A stretch of DNA of 13,456 bases from an uncultured Chloroflexia bacterium (GTDB taxonomy: Bacteria > Chloroflexota > Anaerolineae > CG2-30-64-16): positions 1 to 13,456 of the forward strand of contig CAWEMM010000003.1 in the NCBI GenBank assembly GCA_963810095.1, read 5' to 3'. Position 1 is the stretch's first letter; each line of letters opens with the position of its first letter. Shown piece after piece: positions 1 to 9,959 of the stretch. The notes beneath the pieces were generated by a model, which saw only the letters and a list, made by a program, of their open reading frames with translations, was not told where the DNA came from and ran no database searches. A program made the translations under genes and the position numbers.

Positions 1-3000
1 CGGCCCGAGGCCGGCGCCTGAAGAGCAGCGCACCTGCTTCAGGCAGATACTCGCTTTCGACAAACAGCTTGCTGAAGGCGGGGTGGCGTTGATCGGCAGC
101 CGGGTCGGCCATGACGACTTCGGCGTAGCTGGTGAGTGCAAGCCGGCGCGGCCGCTCGCCTTGGTTGTGGAGCGTTACGCGCCGGATCTCGAGGTCGTCG
201 TCGGCCGCCACGACGACCTCGAGAGTCAGCGCGATCTGGTCATCGGTGCGGCGGAACTCGGCCTTGTGAGCATAGAAGCGGACGTCGCTCGCGGTGGGCG
301 ACACGCCGGTCGGCTGCCGACACGCGGACCACAGCTTGCCGTTCTCCCTGTCTTGCACATACAGCCACGTCCCCCAGTCGTCCCGGGTGGTGTCGGAGCG
401 CCACCGCGTCAGGTCGACGTCACCCCAGCGGCTGAACCCCCCGCCCGAAGCCGAAATCAGCACACCGTAATGTCCGTTAGATAGGTAATGAACGTAGGGC
501 ATCGCTGCGTCTGCGGGCACATCCCACGGTGCTGAGATCACGGGCGGTAGCGAACGCCGGGTTGCGACGAAATCACCAGGCTGGGGGAACTCAAGCGGCG
601 CATCTGATGGCACGCGCTCCTGCAGCAGGAGGTCGACGCTCTGCATGAGCGGATCCACGTGGAAGCGTTGCAGCATGAGGGCCTCTTGCTGCGTGCGTAG
701 CTGATAAAGGTAGTTGTCCAAAGCCACCAATATCATTCCCTGGTGATGGGCCATGTATTCGCGCACGACCGCGTGGTTGCGGCCGAGAGGCAGGCGGGCG
801 GCGGTAAAGTCGACGGCCTCGTACAGCCCGTAAATGCCGACGGCCCCCAGCCGTGCCAACTGTGTCAGGTTCTCGGCGACCGCCGCGGGCCGGAACGGCA
901 ATGCCAGCAGCGACGCGTATGGGGCGACGACCGAATCATCGGCCAGGTCGCGCTTGAACCCCAGCCCCGGCACGCCAAAGGCCCGATAGCGGTAGTTGTT
1001 GTTGCCGTCCAGGGCGTAATAGCCCGACTCGGAGATGCCCCAGGGTAGGCCCAGCCGGCGGCCATGGTCGATCTGGTGATCCACAGCGGCAAGCGCGCTC
1101 TCGTGCAGCAAGGTCCCCTCATAAGAGCGCATGAGCAGCGTCGGCATCAGGTACTCGAACATGGTCGCGCTCCAGGATAGCAGCGCACGCGCACCGTCCA
1201 CCTGCGTCATCGGACGGCCGAGATGCAACCAGTGGCTGCGCGGCACTTCCCGCTTCGCCAGGGCCACCAGGCTGGCAATGCGAGCTTCGGAGGCTAACAA
1301 GTCGTAGAAGTTCGAGTCGAGTTTGCCGGCCGTTACGTCGTACCCGATATGGAAGACCTCGCGTTGGGCTGCGAAGAGGAAGGCGAAATCCATCTCGCGG
1401 AAGTAAGTCTCTGCCTTCGCCTGGATATCAGCAAGTCCCGCTAAGAGCTCCTCCCCCATGACCTGAGCCGCGCTGAGCTTCTCACGCATGGCTTCGCACC
1501 AGGTGCACGCATCGGCCAGGTCGGTCGCGCTGAACTGGTCCGGAGGCAATTGGTCCACTGCAACAATGAGCCGGTCTAGTGCCGCCTGGGCCGCCGCGCA
1601 CGCTGCCGGTTGCTCTGCAAAGGTCGGAACAGTCTGCAAGCGTTCGGCCACTGCCCCGTACGCTTCAGCTAGCGCGCTCGGCACACCTGCCGCGGCGTCC
1701 GTCCCGGCTGCTGCCGCTCGCAGGAGTGCGGGCCGCTCGTTCAGCCAGGCCAGGCCGGGCAAGAGCAACTCGACCGCTCGATGGAAGGTGAAGATCTGGT
1801 TGTTGATGCGGCCGACGGCGATACGCAGCGCGCCCAACGCCTCAGTGCCAATGACCGTCGCGTTGTCCTCAATAAGGCGCGTGAGCAGGGTCTCCAGGCG
1901 CTGCCAGCCTACGCCAGCGACGTAGTCGAGGGTCGGCCGCCACGACGCCGGCTCGGCCTTCACGGCTAGCACGCCCTCGCGTAGTTCGCTAAGCAGTATC
2001 CGCAGCTCCCCGGCACCCGGAATGCTCTGCGCTGTCTCCAGATCGCGAACGAAGTCATCAAGCAGACCGAAAGTGTCTGCCATGCCCTCCCAGCGAGACC
2101 AACGCAACACGGGTGCGGTGCGCAGCCGCTCACAGCCCTGTAGCAGGATGCGCAGACACGCGGCCAGATTGCCACTATCAACAGTAGAAACATAGCGCGG
2201 CAGGAGTGGGGCCAGGCTGCGCGTGTCATACCAGTTCAGGAAGTGGCCGCGATAACGCTCCAACCTATCGAGGCTGTCGAAGGTCGCGCGCAGACGGGAT
2301 ACAAAGTTGACTGTGCCGATGTAACCCAGGTCGTACGCGGAGAGGGTTGAGAGCAGGAGCAGGCCGATGTTCGTCGGCGACGTATACGGCGCGACCTTGC
2401 CCAGAGGCGTTTCCTGGTAGTGATCCGGAGGCAGCCAGTGGTCATCAGGCCCAACAAAGTCTTCAAAGAACAGCCACGTGCGTCGCGCAAGGCTGTGCAG
2501 AGCCATGTTCTGGGCAGCCGTCAGCGGCGGAGTTGGGCGCCGGACCGGCTCGCTGATTCGCAAGACGATCTCGGGCGCCAGGATCCAGCCGAGAAGCAAG
2601 GGGAGAGCGGCCCAGAGGCTGGTGGGGCGTAGCACGAGCACTAGGATGGCGATGGCTGCAGCCAGAAGCACCCCGCCCAACATAAACCGCCACGTGCGCC
2701 ACCGGCTCAGGTCTGCGCTCTGCGCGGACCTTGCGGCGGTGAGCCATTCCAATAAGCGTCGTCGGGTCACTATGACGCGCACCAGGCTGGTGAAAACCGC
2801 CGTGAGCATCTGGACCGCTTCAAACGCCAGAAAGGCGATCCCGAGAAGCCAGCGCACCGCTCCAGCTCTAAGGGAGCTTGCTGCTTGCCGCCACGCCATT
2901 CGGCTGGGCCCGCGCGCCACGGGCGTCAACGCGCCCGTAAGCGGTGGCACGGCCAGCGCAGCGACAGCAGCAACGGTCCACACGGCCGCCGAGCCGGGTA

Positions 3001-5377
3001 AGAAGAGCCAGCCGGCAACGAGCATGAGCAGCAGCGCGGGCGCCAAGAGGCTCCGGCGTAGATTGTCCAGGAGCTTCCAGGTGTCGATCAGCTCGAAGTC
3101 TGCCTTTAGCGCCGGCTGCCCCTTAGGCTCGAGCGCGGCCGGCAGCAGCCACGGCACGAGCTGCCAGTCACCGCGCGTCCAGCGATGCAGCCGGCGAATA
3201 TGCGCCAGGTACGTGCGCGGGTACTCCTCATACAACACGATGTCGGTGACCAGCCCCACACGGGCGTGAATGCCCTCGAACAGGTCGTGGCTCAGCAGCG
3301 TATTCTCGGGCACGCGGCCGGCCAGGCTGTTTTCGAAGGCATCCACATCGTAGATACCTTTGCCGACGTAGATGCCGCTGCCAAAGAGATCCTGGTAGAC
3401 GTTGGAGACGGCGTTGGTGTAGAGATCCAGGCCGATATCGCCGGCGAAGATGCGGCTGAACCACGAGTAGTTGGCGCTGGACGGCGTCACCTCAGTCCGC
3501 GGCTGAAGCAGTCCGTAACCCCGGCGCACTCGTCCTGTCCTCGGGTCAGCCTGGGCGCGGTTCAACGGATGTGCCAGCGTGGCGATCAGCGAGCGGGCCC
3601 CGTCTCGACCGAGAATGGTATCGGAATCCAGGGTGATGATGTATTTCACCCCCCGGAGTTGGCCGAGTGGCCCGATCCAGAAGGTGATGGACGTGTCGGT
3701 GGCGCCGCGCAGCCACCGGTTCAACTCGTGCAGCTTGCCGCGCTTGCGCTCCCACCCGATCCACTGGGACTCCTGGCTGTTCCAGCGGCGCTCGCGGTGA
3801 AACATGCAGAACGGGCCCTCGGTCGCTGCCCTCTGGCGCGGCGTAGCGCTCGTTCAGCCGGGCGATGCCGGCCCGTTGTTGTTCGAGCAGCTCGGCGTCG
3901 CCCGGCATGTTTTGCGCGGCAGCGTCCGCGAAGTCGGTCAGCAGCGCAAAGTACACGTTTTCGTCGCGGTTGCGGAGGTAATGCTGCTCGATCTGGCGCA
4001 AGAGCGAGGCCACGTCCCTCTCGTTGCTGATCAGCGCGGGGACAACGACTAACGTTCGACACGCATCCGGGATGCGACCGCCGCCGGATGGCTCGGAAAG
4101 GTCTCAGCTTGGGCAGAACCCGGGGCGGGACGACCATAGTGACGACCCAGTCGACGAAGGCAATCGCAGCCGCCAACGCAGGCATGAGCGTGACGGCTAC
4201 TGCAAGCAGGATCAGCAGCGCGGAGCCACCCTGAACGGCCGCGTAGACCGCGGCGCCCACCAACACGAACAGCGCCAGCAGCGCAGCTGAACCAATGTAG
4301 ACCACGAAGGGATGCTCGAGGATCCATCGTGCCAGCTTCTTCGCAGCGTGGGGCGGATGCCGAGGCGCTCCTCAAGCGTCGCTCGGCCATCATCCACCAG
4401 GTAGTAGCCCACATGCGCAGTCGGAGGTGCGGCGAATCCTCCCCACTCACCGTCGTCGGACTCATGCCTGGCGTTGCGACGGCGCCCTTGCAGCGGGCGC
4501 CAGGCTACCAGATACGCGCCCCGGGCCAGCGCGATCGCGGCAGTGGCGACGTCTTCTTCGCCGTGCCCGCTCGCCAGCGCCAGCTCTTCAACGACTCTGC
4601 GATACCGGTCCCGGGTCGCCCGGTCCATGTGGGCATAAACGTCTGGCGGATCTGTGCGCAGGATTTTCTCTACCTGGCTGACGCTCTCGAAGAAATCGCG
4701 CCAGTCAAAGGTCGTCATCGTCCGCAAGCTGGTGAAGCAGTTGCGCCGCAACTTCGTCGCCGTTGAGGGAATGGACGAGGGGTGTGATGGCGGGAGCAGG
4801 CAGCCCATCCGCAGGCGCTGCGATGCCCGTGATCTCGCCGGCAGTGGATGTCAGGAGGGAGAGGATGCTCCAGCGGAGCATGACGGGCAAGGCCCAGATT
4901 TCGCCGATGGTGAGGGGCTGAACCTCCTGATAGAGTACGACGAAGCGCCGCACGAATTCCATTTCCAGGCACGCATCGCTATCGGCCACAAGGCGCTGCG
5001 CGAGGTCATAGATCCGCGGATAGCCCTGGAGCGGCCCGGCAACCAGCTTGGGCAACTGTTGATAGAAGCTGCGCGGCATATCCTCGCGAACCTGTCGCAA
5101 TGACTGCTGCGCAAGGTAGAAGTTGTCCAGGATCCACTCAGCCGCATGCGAGAGTGCCTCATGCGTGAGGGCCTGTTCGCCCTGGCCGTCGCGGAGAAGC
5201 TCTACGGTGCTCTTGAGAAAGGCCTCGCGGGCTTTCAGACCCTCCAGCAACCACGGCTGCGCGCCGCGACCCGAGTGCAGCCGCGCCCGCCGCGGCGGCC
5301 CGGTGTGCGTGCTCTTGCGGTTCGTCCTGCCCGTGCTGCGTGCCTGCCCCATCGCCAAGTCGTTCCGGATCAGTCAT
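1..5377 (-). CDS. ndvB: Cyclic beta-1,2-glucan synthase (Cgs/NdvB/ChvB family: GT84 + glycoamylase-like cyclisation domain + GH94). 3' end lies beyond the left edge and the 5' part has about 5 frameshifts
   Basis: Manual translation gives family motifs in the expected order: AAEWILDNFY, LTIGEIWALPVMLR, DWRDFFESVS, MDRATRDRYR, HVGYYL, FALLTDFADA, WERKRGKLHELN, YIITLDSDT, GYGLLQPR, YQDLFGSGIYVGKGIYDVDAF, ENTLLSHDLFEG, HRWTRGDWQL, GHFLNWYDT, YDLLASEAR, SWSATMFEYLMP, PWGISESGY, YMAHHQGM, LSNGHYGVLISASGGGFSRW, HPAFSKLFVESEY. One frame is open from ~3820 to position 1, so the ORF track misses it because no stop falls in the window. Frame changes near 5290, 4743, 4335, 4104 and 3820. The ATG at 5377 overlaps the usp stop (ATGA). 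Confidence 0.93.
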
Positions 5378-6339
5378 GCCTGGCGACTTTCATAGTTGCG
5401 CACCGCGGCTTCGGCCTGCGTCAGAACGGTGGGTTCGCCAGGCGCGTCCTGGAAGATGAGCAATGGGGACGAACCATACGCCAGAAAACTGGCAACCACG
5501 CCGCCATGCGGCCAGCGCGTTTCGCCAGAGTAGCCGTGTGCGCTGAGCAGCACCAGGTCTCCGCGTTGCTGGGCGACAAACTCGTGCAAGGCGCTCGCGA
5601 CCTGGTTGGCAACCAGCAAGTGGGTCTCAACCGCGGAAGGCGGTAGCTGCAGGCGGACCGTTTCGAGGTAACTCTCAGCCTCCGCGCGGTTGCGTTCCAC
5701 AAGGCGGTCGGCCAACTCGGTGTCCTCCTGGCTGGGTGGCGTGCGGCGCGGCATCGCCGGGCGCTGCACCACGTGGACCACGAGGAGCCGGGTCTCGGGG
5801 ATGCGCGCCAGAACGGTGGCGAGTGGCAGGATCGATTCGGCCCGGGCAGAACCGTCGAGCGGAACAAGGATTCGCCGATACTGCAGCGCATTGGTGTCGG
5901 CAGGCGGCGTCTCGTAGGAGCGAACAATCATGAGGGAAGCGCGGGTGCGCATGACGACTTTTTGCACTACGCTGCTGACGTTCCACCCACTCAGCCCACT
6001 CTGGCCGTGGCTGGCCATGATGATCAGGGGGATATCGTGGTCGTGAGCGAAACCGACGATGAGTTCGGCGGCGTCGCCCGCGGTTACTTGCGCTTCGCAC
6101 GGCACCCCCGCCTCCTTAAGCCGCGCGCACACGCCTTGCAGATAGCTCTCCGCCTCAGCCTGGCGCAGCTGCCACTCCAGCGGGTCCACCGCTCGCAGGC
6201 GATTCGGTTCATCAGCCCCGGACAAGACGTGAAGCAGTGTGAGTTGGGAATCGAAAGCGTGGGCCAGCGCGATGGCATGCGGCAGGACACATTCGGCCAA
6301 CGCCGAGCGGTCCAGGGGAACCAGGATACTGTCGAACAC
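5374..6339 (-). CDS. Universal stress protein with two tandem USP domains (321 aa)
   Basis: Two USP repeats: FDSILVPLDRSALAE...LIIMASHGQSG...SVVQKVV and YRRILVPLDGSARAE...DLVLLSAHGYSG...GVV. GTG start preceded by GGAGG. Confidence 0.93.
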   Translation of the reverse strand: MFDSILVPLDRSALAECVLPHAIALAHAFDSQLTLLHVLSGADEPNRLRAVDPLEWQLRQAEAESYLQGVCARLKEAGVPCEAQVTAGDAAELIVGFAHDHDIPLIIMASHGQSGLSGWNVSSVVQKVVMRTRASLMIVRSYETPPADTNALQYRRILVPLDGSARAESILPLATVLARIPETRLLVVHVVQRPAMPRRTPPSQEDTELADRLVERNRAEAESYLETVRLQLPPSAVETHLLVANQVASALHEFVAQQRGDLVLLSAHGYSGETRWPHGGVVASFLAYGSSPLLIFQDAPGEPTVLTQAEAAVRNYESRQA

Positions 6340-6390
6340 AGTTCACCTCCTCATTAGGCCTGCGTACGCTGGCCAATCGCCAGGCGTTTC

Positions 6391-8429
6391 TCAAAGCGCG
6401 GTTTTTGCGCCACTTCCATTGCCGGAAGCGGTCGTGACGGGCGGGACGCTGCCTGCCGAACCCGCATCTTGTGCCGCGCTCGTCTTTACGTGCCACAAGC
6501 TCGCATCCTCCCACGGTGTGCCGTCTGGCCCCAAGCCGCTGTCCTGTGCAGCCTTTTCATCTTCCGCCAGCATCGTGGTCACCTCGCTGCCGTTGACCGT
6601 CTCGTGCTCGCAAAGGCGCTCAGCTAGGCGGTCGAGGGTCGACCGGTGACCAGTCAACAACGCTGTAGCCGAATCCAGGGCCTCCTCGACCAGGCGTCGC
6701 GTCTCGGCATCCACCTGGCTGGCTGTCTCCTGGCTGACCCGGCTGTCCAGGCCCCAGGGTTGCGGTCCCAGGAAGGCGGCCTGCGGGTCGCCGGCCAGGC
6801 GTACCGGCCCGAGCGCCGGGCTCATGCCAAACTCGGTGGCCATGCGCCTGGCCAGGTCCGTTGCGCGCGCCAGGTCGTCGGATGCGCCCGTCGAAACTTC
6901 AACGAAGGTCAACGCCTCGGCCGCGCGGCCACCCAACATCACCGCCAGGCGCGCCCGCAGCTCGCTCTGGCTCAAAAGGTAGCGGTCCTCGATCGGTCGC
7001 TGGATCGTGTAGCCCAACGCCCGTCCGCGCGGGACGATCGTGATCTTGTGCACTGGGTCTGTGCCGGGGAGCAAGCTCGCCACCAGCGCGTGGCCCGCCT
7101 CATGGACTGCCACTGTCTGCTTCTCCCACGGATTCATGGCCCGCGTACGCCGTTCGGAACCGGCGACCACCCGCTCGATGGCCTCGTCGAAATTGGCCAT
7201 CTCCACGGCGGCCTTGTCCTGACGCGCGGCAGCCAACGCGGCCTGGTTGACCACATTTTCCAGGTCTGCGCCCGAGAAGCCGGGCGTGATGCGCGCCACG
7301 GCTTGGAGATCGACGTCCGCCGCCAGCGTCACGGCTCGAGCGTGGATATTCAGAATCTCCTCCCGGCCCACCACGTCCGGCAAGTCCACGGTGATTTGGC
7401 GATCGAAGCGACCTGGTCGCAGGAGCGCTGGATCGAGCACCTCGGGCCGGTTGGTTGCTGCCATCACAATCACGCCGTGCTGCGACTCGAAACCATCCAT
7501 CTCGGCCAACAGTTGGTTGAGGGTCTGCTCCCGCTCCTCATGAGCGCCCATTGCGCCCGCGCCGGCCCGCCGGCCGCCGATGGCATCGAGCTCGTCAATG
7601 AAGATAATGCTGGGCCCGGCCTTCTTGGCCTGCTCGAACAGGTCACGCACCGCGACGCGCCGACACCCACGAACATCTCCACAAACTCGGACGCGCTGAC
7701 CGAGAAGAAGGGCGCTCCGGCCTCCCCGGCCGTCGCTTTGGCCAGCAGCGTTTTGCCGGTACCCGGCGAGCCGACCAGGATGACACCCTTGGTCATCCTG
7801 CCCCCCAGGCGCTGGAAGCGGGCCGGGTTCTTGAGATACTCGGTGATTTCGCGCAGCTCGTCCACGGCCTCGCCGGCCCCGCCGACACTCTGGAAGGTAA
7901 CGCCCGTCTGCTCACCCTGGATAAGGCGCGCTTTGCTCTTGCCGAAGGAGAAGATACCTCCGGGGCCGCCGGTGCCCCCGGCGCCTCCGGAGGCGCCCCG
8001 CATGCCCCTTAGCAAAACGTAGCCGAAGATGCCGACCAGGACGAAAGGCAACATTCCGCCGAGCACGCCCAGCACGCCTCCGTTATCGGCCGGCTGGCCG
8101 GCCGCGTTCACGTGGTTGGCTTCGAGGTCCCTGAGCAAGTCCGGATCATCCACGCGCACCGTGTGATAGCGGATGGGCGCAGCGGCTTTCGTCGCGTCGT
8201 CGGTCTGGGCGAGAGCCAGCGTGCCGTTGATCTGGTCGACGCCCACGGTGGCCGTCTCGATCTGCCCGGCACGCAGCGCGGTCTTGAACCCGGTGTAGGT
8301 CATCTCCGTGGCGGGCGGCGTCCGTAAAGACGAGCCAAACAGCGTCTGCAGCAGCAGCGCCCCGACGATGATTGGCAGCAGCAGGCCGATGGGCGATTTG
8401 AGCCCTCGGCCGGTAAGCCGCTTCAGCAT
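6391..8429 (-). CDS. ftsH: ATP-dependent zinc metalloprotease FtsH, split by one frameshift at ~7651
   Basis: Two N-terminal TM helices, FGKSKAR, Walker A GSPGTGKT and pore FVG (ORF 7470..8429). Walker [33 protein letters not shown] and zinc motif HEAGH (ORF 6391..7650). Restoring one G (CGG GTG read as CGGTG) gives canonical GVGASRVRDLF. Confidence 0.96.
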
Positions 8430-8490
8430 GATCCCCCCATTGCTCGACGGACTGAGTTCACGCGCTGGGTCACCCCATAGCGCCCCGAAA

Positions 8491-8793
8491 TCAGCGGACC
8501 CCCGTCAGTTCGGCTGTTGCCAGGAAGTCCTGCAATTCCTTCAGGTTGGGTTTCGAGGCCTTCGAATCCCCCAATCCGTAGACTTCGATGCTGGAGAGCG
8601 AGGGCTTCCCAAACAACGAGTTCGTGGTTTTCACCACGACCGTCACTTCCTTGTACCTGTTGCTCACCATGCGCCAGATGTAGTTCGACCCCTCGTGGTT
8701 GGGGCCCTTCACTTCCAGCACCTGGGCCGAGAACTTCGTCGCGGCAAACTCGGTCAGAACTCGCGTAATCTCTTCTATATCGTTAGTATTCAC
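8491..8793 (-). CDS. Hypothetical protein, 100 aa ([16 protein letters not shown]...ELTGVR)
   Basis: The C-terminal 100 codons of track ORF 8491..9201 have globular-like composition. GTG at 8793 with GAAAGG upstream fills the gap between the receiver gene and ftsH. The upstream part of the track ORF overlaps the receiver gene in another frame. Confidence 0.7.
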   Translation of the reverse strand: MNTNDIEEITRVLTEFAATKFSAQVLEVKGPNHEGSNYIWRMVSNRYKEVTVVVKTTNSLFGKPSLSSIEVYGLGDSKASKPNLKELQDFLATAELTGVR

Positions 8794-8831
8794 GGCGTAG
8801 TCTGCCTTTCTGGTCGCGGCCGGAGCCCGAT

Positions 8832-9278
8832 TCAATCCGGATCCGGCACAGACGGGCCTGGGCGCATGATCGCTCCCAATAATTCGTCCGTTGGGCAGCC
8901 TTTCAGCAAGAAAGCGTCGGCGCCGGCGCTCAGAACCGCCGCACGATCCGTGGCAAACAGGGTCAACACAACGATCCTGATTGACGGCCACCCGCGCTTG
9001 ATGGCTTCGATCGTCGCCAGGCCATCCACTCGCAGCTCCGAACCGGATTCGGGCTGGGCGTGCAAGTCCATTACTACGACATCCGGAGCTAGCACCCGCA
9101 CCTGCTCCAGCGCCGCCTGGCCGTTCTCCGCCTCGCCGACAATCTCGACCGGCCAGGCGGAGAACGGGTCTGGCTGCTCGAGGTTGCGGGGAGTGCTCCA
9201 ACGCATAGCCGTGAGCAAGGCGCTGAGACTGCGCCGGGCTCTCGGCTGATCGTCGGCAATGAGCACTCGTACATTCAC
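8832..9278 (-). CDS. Stand-alone NarL/LuxR-type receiver (REC) domain response regulator, 148 aa
   Basis: VRVLIADD, EIVGEAENGQAALE, PDVVVMD (phosphoacceptor), DGLATIEAIK, IVVLT, AGADAFLLKG. No output domain follows. GTG start at 9278 with GAGGG upstream. Confidence 0.88.
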   Translation of the reverse strand: MNVRVLIADDQPRARRSLSALLTAMRWSTPRNLEQPDPFSAWPVEIVGEAENGQAALEQVRVLAPDVVVMDLHAQPESGSELRVDGLATIEAIKRGWPSIRIVVLTLFATDRAAVLSAGADAFLLKGCPTDELLGAIMRPGPSVPDPD

Positions 9279-9294
9279 GATACCCTCGCCGCGG

Positions 9295-9516
9295 TCACGA
9301 GTGCGCCGCCGAACCGGCTTGATGGTCGTGCATCCACCGTTCGCTCTGCGATTCGGCGTTCTGCCGGGTATAGCCGTATCTGTCCTGCAGCGCGTCTGCC
9401 AAGCGTTCGGACTTCCCGCTGATTCGCTCCAAGTCCTCATCGGTGAGCTTGCCCCACCATTTTCTGGTTTGCTCGCGGACCTGCAGCCAGGTGGCCTCAG
9501 CGATGTCGTTGTTCAT
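9295..9516 (-). CDS. CsbD/YjbJ-family stress protein, 73 aa
   Basis: Family signature W.Q......WGKLTDEDL..I.G..E.L...LQ.RYG. Start overlaps the upstream stop (ATGA). Confidence 0.88.
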   Translation of the reverse strand: MNNDIAEATWLQVREQTRKWWGKLTDEDLERISGKSERLADALQDRYGYTRQNAESQSERWMHDHQAGSAAHS

Positions 9517-9923
9517 TTGCGGTCTCGCGTTTCAGCAAAGTACCGGCGAACTCGCGCCACGATCTGGTTCTCTGTCATCTTGTCAGCGGTTTCAACGCCC
9601 ATGATTCGCCCGCTGAGTCCGTCGCGCTCGAGTCGCTGCTGAAGCTCGCGCTTTGCCTCACCAGGACCAAAGATCAAAATCGCGTCCGCCTCTCGGATGA
9701 CCGCGATGACCTTGTCGTAGTACCGGCCTAGCTGGTTGTCAAAGTGCCTGTCCTGTTGATCCTCTTCCAATGAGGTCCCGGGTCCATCCGACCGCCCACC
9801 ACCAGCGAACCGAACGTGCTTTTCTATATCCGACATAATGTGTTCGGTCTTCTCGCCGTCTGCAGAGATCATGACGACGCTGGTCTGGCTATGATCAATC
9901 CACAGCCCAACTACGCTCTTCAT
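9513..9923 (-). CDS. Stand-alone eRF1/aRF1 domain-2-like protein (translational-machinery / host-attachment / baeRF-like), 136 aa
   Basis: GLWIDH N-terminal strand, KH..GG loop, helix ending RYYDKV, ILIFGPGEAK.EL motif and C-terminal ETADKMTENQIVARVR. RBS AAGGAG. Fold assignment comes from motif recall, not from a search. Confidence 0.75.
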   Translation of the reverse strand: MKSVVGLWIDHSQTSVVMISADGEKTEHIMSDIEKHVRFAGGGRSDGPGTSLEEDQQDRHFDNQLGRYYDKVIAVIREADAILIFGPGEAKRELQQRLERDGLSGRIMGVETADKMTENQIVARVRRYFAETRDRK

Positions 9924-9959
9924 GGACTTGTGCTCCTTCGCGGCGGCCGGCTTCGCGGC

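Noticed and set aside
6357-6374. Near-palindrome GGCCTGCGTACGCTGGCC between ftsH and usp
   Set aside because: Short, GC-rich, one mismatch, no U-tract and no second copy to support it.
3800-7655. Programmed ribosomal frameshifting as an explanation for the split cgs and ftsH
   Set aside because: No slippery heptamers were seen at the shift sites, the shifts go in both directions, and several sit in short base runs typical of indel errors.
83-8022. Long plus-strand ORFs (e.g. 83..484, 2478..3269, 3185..4030, 5773..6357, 6646..8022)
   Set aside because: Antisense shadows of well-supported minus-strand genes in GC-rich DNA, with no recognisable motifs.
8491-9440. Long track versions 8491..9201 and 8832..9440
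   Set aside because: Their N-terminal extensions overlap neighbouring genes in other frames. Internal GTG starts with RBS-like sequences (8793 and 9278) fit better.
9754-9788. 35-nt block identical in both eRF1-like copies, suggesting gene conversion
   Set aside because: It falls in the most conserved part of the protein, and I cannot show by eye that it exceeds chance expectation.
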